Positions 41,125 through 52,246 of a stretch of 64,000 nt of DNA are shown one piece after another (the stretch's first letter is position 1; each line of letters begins with the position of its first letter). Source of the stretch: Rhizophagus irregularis (taxonomy: Eukaryota). The notes beneath the pieces are model-generated. The model saw only the letters and a program-made list of their open reading frames with translations, was not told the DNA's origin and did not search any database. The position numbers were made by a program, and so were the translations under genes. Location of the stretch: NCBI RefSeq assembly GCF_026210795.1, contig NC_089431.1, positions 5,704,001 through 5,768,000 of the forward strand. The letters run 5' to 3'.

Positions 41125-41432
41125 ATCAAGATTCACTGATCCGTTTTCTATAATTTTAGGCTCGTTGGAAAGCCCTTGTTCTGGACTTTATAGGCGAAAA
41201 AAGAGCTCGCCGATTGAATCATTAGATCCAGAGATATTTACGTTTAAAGTTGAGGTACGAACTTTTTAACATGCTTAAATGCAAGTATCTTGGGATCCAC
41301 TGATCCATTTTTTATAAATTTAGGCTCTTCGGAAAGCCCTTGATCTGGTCTATATGAGCGAAAAAAGAGCTTGCCGATTGGACCATTAGATCTGGAGATA
41401 TTTACGTTTAAAGTTGAGATACAAATTTTTAA
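41125..41432. repeat. Two diverged direct repeats, period 164 bp (likely TE-internal)
   Basis: cactgatcc..ggaaagcccttg..gcgaaaaaagagct..ccgattg..cattagatc..gagatatttacgtttaaagttgag at 41134 and 41298. Confidence 0.85.
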
Positions 41433-41790
41433 TATATATAGTAAGTGCTAAGAATTATATTAATTTAAAAGAAATATTTACCAACTTATAGTATAATAAC
41501 ATTAAATAAAAGTTTTTTAATACTCGCCCCCAATTTACTGTATATTGTATAGTATTTTGTATAATAAAAATGTAATAAAATCAATATTTTAATTAAAGGT
41601 AGACAAATCAGCCCATATGAAGGGGTGCTATGAAATGATATAGTGACATCATTATGTCATTTTAAATGACAAAATCAAGATCAATATCTTTTATTCATGT
41701 TGTCACCAACAAATTTTAATTGTATAATTACAACACATATGTTTGCCTTCTATCTTGCTTTAATTCATTATTGATATAATAGAAGATACA

Positions 41791-42409
41791 ATGGAACAAG
41801 AAACTATGGAGGATACAATGGATGATACGATGGAGCAAGAACTTAATATTCAAAATATGGCTGATGCATTTCAAGCAATAGCCACTGAAATTGCAAAACC
41901 TAATCTTCAAAATACTATGGCTGATACATTTCAAACAATTGCAACTGAAATTGGAAATTCTAACCTTCAAAATATGGCTGGTGCGTTTCAAACATTGGCA
42001 ACAGAAATTGTAAACATTCCTAACACAGCCAACAATAACATTCCACAACTGTTTCAGGATTTACACCAGCAAATGGTTATACGTATGTATATTATTTTTG
42101 AACAAGCCTATTTTTAATCCTTCATTAAAGACGTTTCTAACTGTTTCTTTTATTTTTAGAGGAACAAAGAAACTCGGCGTGAGTTGGTAATTCATCAATT
42201 CGTGACCGTCATACCGATATTGAAGCGTTATTAACTGATACAGGAGCAATTCCACCTAACTATCCAGTTGACGTTGAAGCATTGGGAACACCACGTCTGA
42301 TCAAATTGATGGATTACTCACTGCTTATAGCCTGCCAGTAAATGGAGATTTACTTACTCGAAAGATCCATTTTGCAAGATTTATCGGAATAAAAATGATG
42401 ACTTTTTAA
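41791..42409 (+). pseudogene. Mug135-like C-terminal domain protein, probable pseudogene
   Basis: Exon 1 (41791-42082) has 3 repeats NxQNxMAxxFQxxATEI. Exon 2 from 42160 reads NSA*VGNSSIRD..GAIPPNYP..[frameshift]..IDGLLTAYSLPVNGD..RKIHFARFIGI. Confidence 0.6.
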
Positions 42410-42789
42410 GTGCAGGAAAGATAAGGGGCTAAGACGAATACAATTGAGAAAGTTTTTATATATATATGTTTATGCTATTATTTTATACTAATCTACATAT
42501 ACACCCCACAAAAAAAAAGTTTGAGTTTTTTGAATGACATCGAATACCTTTATTCAGCAAATATATTAATATAATAGTTTATATTTCTAGAAAATTTAAA
42601 TGTATATCAAAGATATTACTTTATAACTAAATAAAATTGCTAAATTCGACTTGCAGATTTTTAATAAAACGATGTTTGCCAAGTATGTCTCAATTTTATG
42701 TTAATCAACGTGAAATTTAATTATGTGCAAAACTTTATGATTAGGGTCATTGGAACGAGAATTCCAAAATTATATTCCAGTTCTCAACC

Positions 42790-43045
42790 AAGTAAGAGTC
42801 ATGTTCAGCTGTTAAAGTAGACCTAGCGTATAGTGCCTTTCACCAACACACCTAGGACAAATTTGATGAACGTCTATAGGGATATCATTAAACGATGCTC
42901 CCAAGCTGTTTCAAATTACAGCTTCAAGTGCGCTAACTACTTGATCTCTGCCAATTCTATCCGTTTACTCAACCCTATTGCGTGGAAGGGTATTAAATTG
43001 ATCTCTAGGAACGATAAGGCAATTGAGAGTAATAGTATTAGACAT
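42790..43045 (-). pseudogene. Crinkler N-terminal ubiquitin-like domain relic
   Basis: MSNTITLNCLIVPRDQFNTLPRNRVE*TDRIGRDQVVSALEAVI*NSLGASF; the ITLNCLI start is typical of the CRN N-domain. Confidence 0.5.
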
Positions 43046-44522
43046 TTTGCTTTCCTGAATTCAAGGGCCATGGTTAGAAATTACTTCATTAATTCACACG
43101 AAGACGCAACTTCTGCCATACATGTACCTTAATTTTTCGCGAGAAGGTTAAATGAACTTCTACCGGCCCTTCCCGCTTTATATCTAGTTTCTGGGCTCGC
43201 AGAATAATAAAAAGCCAACAGAAATATGATTAACATTGTCGTATGATGCCAAGAAACCCTTGAAAGCACATGCAAATGGTATTTTCAAACCTTTTCACAT
43301 GAAGATCTTCCTCGCAAGACTCAAAGTAACTTTACGCTTGACGATCTCGGAATTGCAAAGTCCTCACCCTTTCGTAACATAAGTTTTTGACGTTAATACT
43401 AACTTATAGGGCAGGTTCTGTATCGCAACAAAGAATTTTCACATGCCTTTCGTGTTTGTATAGGAAAAAAGATAGAGGTATGGTTGTATTGGATATATGC
43501 GAAAATTAATGTGTCACACAGACCTGCCTGGTGGCCGGAAGTCAATCTATTTTGTCTTACAATTTGTAGCTCAGCAAGAAAATCTTCTGAACTGGTGATC
43601 ACTGCTCTGGACAAATAGGGCGGACATGCTTATTATCACCTAACAATTAGTGCTTCGACCCGGATGAAAACCGTCATCCGGATTACACAAAAAAAAAATC
43701 CGTATTATATCCGGATTGACCCGGATTTTGAATCCGGATCAGATAATCCGGATAGAAACCGGAAACCGGATTGGATTTACAAATGATCGGCAATAATTCT
43801 GGCCAGAATTTATAACGCCGGCCAGAATTACAATTGTGTAACATTAAATTTTCATGCCCGGTGGCTAAACTATTTTTCCGGTGTCACGTGATGTTAATTT
43901 CGGCCAGAATGGCCAAAATTATCCAAGACCACGAAATTTACATAATTCCAATTTCATTAAATACTTTTCTTTAAAACAATTTCATATTATTTCAGCATTG
44001 TCTCAGACTATTGTTTAACATTTCTTTGTAAATTAACTAATTATGAAATTTTAAACAAGATATTTTTATATACAGCTAAAGATTACTATAAATAGATGTG
44101 TTGGGTTAGTAAGGCAATTTTTTAAGGATTTGTTTCTTCTTTCAAAAATTAAAGAATCATTTGAATCAAATTATATAACACTAGTTTTAATTTTTTAAAA
44201 AAGTTGTTATAATTATATAAATTTATAATATTGAACAATTTTTCATTTAAAACAATAATTATTATTTTGTTGTAACAAAAATAATATAAAGTTTTTTTTC
44301 TTTTGAACGTTTGAATGTGAAATCTAAAATTATTTGTTATTTGTTAATGTATAAATTTAAATAAACAAATCTGATACAAACTTCAATAAATAAATTATAA
44401 TTGAAAAATCTTCTTAAACTTACTGTATTAAAAAGTTTAATATAACAAATATAAATTTAATAAATTTTAATAAAAAAATTGGTATTAGGCGCAAAAATAA
44501 TTAGCCATAATATTATTTAGAT

Positions 44523-46198
44523 AAAACCCCGGATAATTATAATAAAGGTCATATACAAAAAAAGTATATTTTATTGTATTTTTAATGAAAAGGTCATATG
44601 CAAAAGCGGGTATTTTAAGTAAAAGTCACATGCAAAAATAGAATACTTCTGAATTAGGTCACAGTAAAATAAGTATATAATTTTATGTAAAATTTTAAGG
44701 TCACATGTAATTTTTCTAATAAAGCGTATATTTTAGAGGGAATATAGTGGGAATATAATATGCAGTAGTGTTACATCAAATTTAATATAAATAGCAAATT
44801 TTGCTTGAGATAATTTTATCATAATGATAACGTAATAAATTTATATTCAAAAAGTTCATTTTTTTATCACAATGTAATATAATTATTTAAATTTATTAAC
44901 TTTATTTGCTTTTCATGTCAGATAAATTTACCAGAAATTCAATATGATTTACCATTAATTATTTTTAAAATGTTAAGACTTAAGACATGCGTTTTCGTGT
45001 TTTAATTTTTGTCTTTAATGTCATTATATATCAATACAAAATGAAATATCTTGAGAAACTTTTAAACATTAATACTTTCTACAATTCCACCAGGACCCAG
45101 AAATATATATACAGGGGTAGGGTACACAGATGCGTCGCCATCATAGTGGAATTAGACGGAGTAAAGTTTTGATTTGCGTACAATTTTAGAATTTTTCATC
45201 TATAGTTAGGTCATCAAGATTGCGTATTTTTTATCAAATTTTTTATATATAAAAAATTAGTTTGCGTATTTTTGACCTAAATTTGACTAATCTTATATAT
45301 ATAATATATTTACTGTACGTACTTATTTAATTAACCGAATTGTAAGAAATTTCTAAGGGTTAAAAAGTGAAATTTTAGAAAAATATTATTAAAAAAATGG
45401 TAAATTCTATTTTTCACATTAGTATTTATAATATAAATTTTTACATTGATAAAATAATTAATAACTTAATGCCTGAAATTTTATTTGCGTATTTTTGCAG
45501 GATTTTCAATATCAGGTGTCAATTATGCGTACTACTCATATAAAAAGTCTCTGTGTACAGCTCATAGTAAAAAAATTTTTCGCCACCTGACCCCTATATA
45601 TATATTTCTGGGTCCTATTCCACCTCCTAATATTCATTCTGTTCATGTTTCAAATATTAATATATCTGATATCTTTTCTATTACTTTTGACACTCTTTAT
45701 GAGACTCTTTCACCGTTAGCCAGAATTGATAATACTGCTGAAAAGATCCTTCATTTGCAATATTCACATTTAACTTCCGCAGCTGTCTTTTCTAATGGGG
45801 GTTGTTTATTAAACCTTAGCGTTACAATTTAGACTAGCTATGATTTTAGAATTAATGAATTTTTGGGAAATTGCGAAAATTTCACTGAAAATATGGGATT
45901 TTTGATCATAGGAAAAAAAGAAATGATAATCTATAATTTTTTAATTCAGCTATAGATAAATTACAGTTGATTATTTCTACAGAGTCAATTGATGATAATG
46001 CTGTATAATTTTAATATAAAATAAAATTTTGACCTATTTTTTAGTAAATTGATGTCATATGATAAAAAAGGATATTTGTAGTACAAAATAAGGTCATATG
46101 ATAAAAATGTATATCAAAATGGCAAAATTTATGTATATTTTATTAGATTTTTAATTAGTACTGCGGATGTGACCTCTATTATAATTATCTGGGGTCTT
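44523..46198. mobile_element. AAGACCCC-family TIR element (middle layer)
   Basis: TIR aaaaccccggataattataataaaggtcatat / atgtgacctctattataattatctggggtctt; 8-bp TSD atttagat. Confidence 0.88.
45092..45616. mobile_element. AGGACCC-ended MITE, 525 bp (inner layer)
   Basis: TIR aggacccagaaatatatata..ggggt / acccctatatatatatttctgggtcct; 8-bp TSD attccacc. Confidence 0.9.
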
Positions 46199-47328
46199 AT
46201 TTAGATATAGATCTTTATGGATCAGCAAAATTATTATTAATAAAAAAAAAATAATAAAAATTTCATCCAGATTCTGGATCAAACCGGATATTTTTCATCT
46301 GGTTTATAATCCGGATGAAAATCGTGAAAATCTGGATATCTGAAAAAAAAAATCTGGATCAATCCGGATTGATCCGGATACAGGTCGAGGCACTACTAAC
46401 AATCATTAATTAATTTAATAATATACCTGCTGATCATTAGACGCTTAATATTACTTGGCCAATAATGCTTGAATTTGGTTAAAAAAAATTAAATATAAAA
46501 GTTAAAATAAGATAAATTTATAAATAAAATTTGAAGATACATTAATATCTGAAATTTCCAATTGGAGCAAAATTAATAGATCTATGTATTATGTGATAAA
46601 ATCGAATAATCATGCTAAAAATAATGGCAGAAAATGAATATGCATAGCAGAAGTTTAAAACTTTGCATAGATATTCTTTACATCATATATAATCTATGAA
46701 AAAAATAATACAATATTTGCTCTCATAATACAGGTCTTTTACTTGTAAAGAATTCAGCTAATTATAATATTTGCTTATTAAAAATTAAAAGGTTATTACT
46801 TATGAAAGTTAGCCAGTAATGATTTAATTTGGATAAAAATCTATTTAATTAAAACTTGATATAAAATAAAATTTTCAGTAAATTTTAGTAATATTCTGAT
46901 ATATGAAATTTTTTAATGAAGTAAAAAAAGAATATAATAGCACTAGTGATAAAATTATAAATGATCGATAAATAATTGGCAAAATCGAAGTGATAAAATG
47001 AAGGTATCTGCCCTGTTGCTGCAAACTAGTTAGATCAGTAGAGTACGCAGAAAATACTTGAAATTAAATGCAGCACATGTCTAAACAGATAAATGCGTTA
47101 TATATGCTATATCTTGTTCATCCTCGCTTCAACCGATTTTCTGAAACATAATTAGTTTTTGTCAAAGAGTTTGAACAGCTTTGCTTGGTCATAAGATATT
47201 CCACGAGATCTGTAATTAATTATAGTATAATTTTGCGTGAGAGAGGTATGGTTTCTAGGATAATGCCTTAAAGCTTCAGATGCAATAGTCATAGCGTTTG
47301 ATAAATTTATAGCTCCATATGTTACTAC

Positions 47329-48262
47329 TATAGGCGCCGTTATCACCGATATGCCACCTCTTGATAGATTAAATCTCATCTCAGTTTAATATTATGCTTG
47401 GTTTAGATTTTATATTTTATTTAACTTTTCTTATAACTTCAAATTTAACTTTCAAACTGCGATGACTTCTCTCTTATTATATAAACTTTATATTAAATAA
47501 TCAAACTGAGATAGTTTCCCATCACTTTGCTTCTCTGAACTTATAATATAACATTAATTAATTCTCAGGTGTACTATGAGCATTACTTTTAATAATTAAT
47601 ATTATTGAGCCAAAGCTGAACTTATTATTAATCATTGTTTATAATAAAACCATTATAATAACTCTTTATTAATAATTCTTTTAGTTGAGCAAAAGCTGTT
47701 GACAAAAGTCAAAACTCAGCCTTTTTATACATTTTGATGTTTCACTAAAACTATTGTAATACTAAATTATTGTGATACTATAAATTATTCTACAATGTTC
47801 TTCAATATTCTACAATGTTCTTGAATATTTGTATTACTATGAATTATATATTAAGTCACGTGCTAATTACATATTAATAAACTAAACTAAATTAAATTAA
47901 AACTAAACTAAACTATCTAAAATATAAACTATAATATCATTAACTTATATATTAACTAAATATCACTAATTAACATTAATCTACATATAATTTATTCCAT
48001 ATCTTCGGTTATACTGTTAGAATTGCCAAATTGAATTTACGGCATTACGAAATATGGATTTTACCATTTAAATATCTAACAAATCATCAAGATCAGCATT
48101 ATAGATTTACAGATTACAAATTATCTTCAGCATAATAAAAAAATATTTACTTTCTTTATGTAATTTTTGTATATTTAGCATTAAATAATTATGGCATTAC
48201 GACAATTTAATATATTACGGTATAAATTTTATATGCCGTAATTAATTTTGACGGTAAGTATA
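47329..48262. mobile_element. hAT-like insertion, 934 bp
   Basis: Ends tataggcgccgt / acggtaagtata; decayed 8-bp TSD gttactac / gttaccat; the host ORF rejoins across it. Confidence 0.65.
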
Positions 48263-48940
48263 GTTACCATTGCAAATACAGTTCTTATATTTCGTAAATA
48301 TCGAGAGAGTAAATTATACTTTTTTAGGAATGCATGGAAACATTTAATACCAAGTATACTGCAATCTTTTAACTGCCCAGTTAAAATTGCATCTTATATT
48401 CATTTAAGTAACTGTCTAACTCGCTTCTCATTTTTTTTCCATTGATCTAAATGCATGAGGAATATCTATCTGACTTCAATGTTTTACATAGCCAGTTACA
48501 CTCCCATTCCAAATTCTTAAACTTTCAGTTTAATTTCAGCAGGACGGATACAAAGCATTATCATTATATCAGCAAGAGCTTGTAAATCAGGTTACTAGAA
48601 ACATTATAGCTATTTAATCTTTCCTTAACTGATTCTAACGTAAAATGGTCCAGATAATTAATGCCCTCATTTTTGTGACATAAACACCCCTCTTTTTGGT
48701 TTTCATTAGCTAAATGGGTTGTGTTAGGATCTAACGTAAACACGTAGCAGAAATTATTTTTTCTGAAGCGTTATGTTTGTGTAATTCTTTTCAAAGTCTG
48801 GAGAGGCGTGATAAGGCAGAATTTTGAGGCTGATTCAACTAAGACCTTGCATTTTGCTTTTACTTCTATTTCACTAAGATTGGCCTAAACAATACACTAA
48901 GCTAACTTCCCAATAGTCTCTTCTTGTAAAACTCGACATA

Positions 48941-49627
48941 CACTCCTGCATCAAAAGTTTAGGATTACCTTATTTTTAATAATATTTAATAAAATTTTGT
49001 TTCTAATTATATAATTTTTTTTAAAAAAAATTCTTTATATTGTAATATTTTTAAAAAAAATGCAAAATTACTATATTTTTATCTGTAAATTACATAATAC
49101 AAGGTTTTTCTTTCTATGGTAAATTTTTAACTTTTCAACCAGAGTAGTTACAATAAAATAAATACAAAATTCTAATAGTTTGGCTAAAAATTAAGTTATA
49201 TTTAAAATTTTATAAAGATTAGGTCGGTAGTTATTGAGAAATCAATTATTAAAGATTGGCAATTTATTATAAAATTTTAAAATGAATGATTTTCATATAT
49301 AAATTGCCAATTTTTAATAATTAATTTCTTAATAACTACCGACCTAATCTTTATAAAATTTTAAATATAACTTAATTTTTAGCCAAACTATTAGAATTTT
49401 GTATTTATTTTATTGTAACTACTCTGGTTGAAAAGTTAAAAATTTACCATAGAAAGAAAAACCTTGTATTATGTAATTTACAGATAATAATATAGTAATT
49501 TTGCATTTTTTTTTAAAATATTACAATATAAAGAAAAATTTTTTTAAAAAAAATTATATAATTAGAAACAAAATTTTATTAAATATTATTAAAAATAAGG
49601 TGGTCTTAAACTTTTAATGCGGGAGTG
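48941..49627. mobile_element. Tc1-like foldback element, 687 bp
   Basis: TA flanks; ends cactcctgcatcaaaagttt / aaacttttaatgcgggagtg; two ~330-bp inverted arms. Confidence 0.93.
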
Positions 49628-49699
49628 TATATTTACTGCACCTCCTTTCGATTTTACTTCTTGACCAGAGAAAGAGGTAGTAGGAGTATTAATACATGT

Positions 49700-51825
49700 A
49701 AAGCACGACAGTGCTGCAATTATAAGGTCACATTGTGTCAAGTAACTGTTTTATCAGACTTATGTAATAGGTATTTTTTATATAACCAACAATAATCACC
49801 AATTAGTAAATGCCTGATAAATGAAGTTAATCTGATTACATATGTATTAACTAAAGTATTCAGAAATTTACAGCATAATTTGTTTTATCCAAAATACAAT
49901 GAAGAATATGAATATTTTTGTCATATCATCTAAACGAATACTTTATTATTTGGGGTATCAAGTAGAGGTATTGGGTGTATCATATGCAAATATGTATTTG
50001 TTACAATCTAATGTATATCAGATTTATTAAACACTTTCTAATAATAGTATTTTGTCTTGTATTTTACGTTATCTTAATTAAAAAGTAAAAAATAAATAAA
50101 GTAATTTTTTTTATGTAATATGTATAAAAGTGGGTACAAAATCTGAAAATTTTTGGGTAAATTTTTCCAAATTTTATCATTTTTTTTTCTTCCACATCAT
50201 ATATAATTGTTTGGGATCCTGTTTTAGCTGATTTCTCTTTCAGATAAATTTGCTGCCAAATTTGTTTCACAGTAAATCATCTTATTTCTTTATTTTTCTA
50301 TTAGTTTCTCACAGAATTTTCCATTACTACTTTTAGATTCCCTTCACATATTAAAATTTCTGCTACATTAAAACAAATTTTTGCAACAAAAAATTTCTAA
50401 GAAATCACTTTAAATAAAATCATCCAAACTAAATTTCACTAACTAAATATCCATTTTCTTTTTATTTTTCTAAGTCTGATTATCACTTTTAATAAACATT
50501 TATTGAAGTAACATATCACTCCTCTGATACTTTTTAGATCACGGCTGACAGTAAGAAATAACTTTTTGGTCAAAAAATTTGAAAACTTTTAGCAAACTTC
50601 CATTCAAATTCATATTAAAATATTCATAAAAGATAGAATAAGTAGTTGGTAATGTTGGAATACAAAAATAAATATCTTCATAGATACTTTTGAACTTTTT
50701 TGCCATTTTTTTTATTTTAAAATTTTTGAACTGAATGATCAGTGAAAAAAGTTCCCTCTTCATAAAAATGAAATATAGTTTGTTAGAATCACCTTATTGA
50801 GATGATTCCAATGATATTAAATTGTTATTTTTAGTATTGATAAATAATAAGTTAATTATATTAAAAAATATTATTTATAAAGATGTAAGTTTATATCATT
50901 TATTAATGTTAGAAATGCAATTTTATTATTATTGGAATTATTTCAATAGTATCTTAATAAGGTAATTCTAATAAGCTATATTTCATTTTTTTATAATTAT
51001 TAGATATCAAAAAATCAGATTTTTACACAATTTATTATCCATTAATACTAAAGATGTGATTTTACTATCATTTAAATTGTCTCAATAAAAGATTCCAACA
51101 AGTTATATTTTATTAGGATTCTGCTTACTATTAAAATATGTTACCAGTAGAAATTTTATTTTCATATGAAATTTTACCTTAGAATTTGCTTAAATTTTAT
51201 TGATTAATTAACTAAAAAGAAAAAATTATAACAATATAATATAATATAAAATTTTTCTTTATAGTAGGATCTACAAAGAGTTTTATATGTAAACTTTACC
51301 TTAGGCTATAGGATAACCTATCTTAATAGTAGGTGGGATCCTGTTTCATTCTTTTGTAATTACTAGATAGCAAAATATTATATTTTTTATCTATTAAATT
51401 AGTTAAAATAGATGATTTTTATGACAAGATCTTTTTAAAATTACTGAAAATTTAGACTTTTAAAACTTATTAAAGTGTTATATGAGTTTTATAAACATTT
51501 TAGGTTAAAACATTATATTATATAAATACAATGTTACATTTGACCTGCATTTTTCAAATTTAGGCCGGAATTACGATTTTGGCTGGAATTAAGAAATTTT
51601 GGCCAGAATTATGATTTCGAAATCATTAATTCATTAATTTTAAGTTTGATTTTAAACTTTACAGATGTATTATATATTTGATGAGAATGCTGTAACTAAA
51701 ATTTTATCATATTAATCATAATAAAAAAATAAACCTTTAATTTTGTTATACGCGCAGTGATTGATATCAAATCAGGAAATTTTCATCGGATTTTTAATTA
51801 GTACTGCGAATTATCCGGGAGTTTA
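49700..51825. mobile_element. Decayed repeat-derived region
   Basis: CpG-poor; ggccagaatt repeats at ~51560-51610 shared with ~43800; a deleted right end of the 44523 family at ~51788-51824. Confidence 0.4.
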
Positions 51826-52228
51826 ACTGACCGTACAGTACAGTTTATCTATTTACCTAATTAATCGCGATCGCGTGATCGCGAAAATTTTCTCGGTGCC
51901 ACTGGTGCGCCACATCATCGGCGCAACCTGGCACACATTTCATATTTTTAATCGCTATAATTTGGTGATTAGTCTTCTCTCTCCGTTATTGTCTTCTTTC
52001 TCTTTCTTTATCTTATTTTATTTATTTATTTTTTTTTCTTAAAAAACTTTCAAATAATTAAATTGAATAGACTATTTAAAAATTATTTTCCCGAAATAAA
52101 TTAAGCTTGTTAACTTCTTATTCAGCGATTACTTGTTTTTCTTACAATTTGTTACAAATTTTGGTAATTATTTTGCTAAGAATTTTTTTAAAAAAAAGAT
52201 AATTATTATAAACATCACCTTTCATCCT

Positions 52229-52246
52229 ATGTCAAATATACAATGA
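52229..52246 (+). promoter_or_regulatory. Candidate 5-codon uORF (MSNIQ*) overlapping the GCN2 start
   Basis: atg tca aat ata caa tga; the TGA (52244-46) overlaps the main ATG (52243-45). Confidence 0.5.

Larger units (their letters stand above)
43648..46395. mobile_element. hAT-like non-autonomous element (outer layer of a nest)
   Basis: TIR tagtgcttcgacc / ggtcgaggcacta; perfect 8-bp TSD ctaacaat; subterminal atccggat repeats. Confidence 0.92.
47152..49690 (-). pseudogene. Tyrosine-recombinase-fold, protelomerase-like pseudogene split by two insertions
   Basis: After removing 48941-49627 and 47329-48262: SRLSRL*KEL..DHFTLESVKERL..DLQALADIMIMLCIRPAEI..LRIWNGSVTGYVKH*..FRSMEK..LLSRYLRNIRTVFA|VVTYGAINLSNAMTIASEALRHYPRNHTSLTQNYTIINYRSRG..LFDKN*. 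Confidence 0.65.

Noticed and set aside
41087..41269. 60-aa ORF
   Set aside because: It lies in a 164-bp non-coding direct repeat whose second copy lacks an equivalent start.
42833..43132. 99-aa plus-strand ORF as a gene
   Set aside because: GTG start and largely antisense to the CRN N-domain relic.
48941..49627. Palindrome as the target site of the protelomerase-like enzyme
   Set aside because: It has TA flanks and Tc1-type ends and interrupts the gene itself, so it is a later TE insertion.
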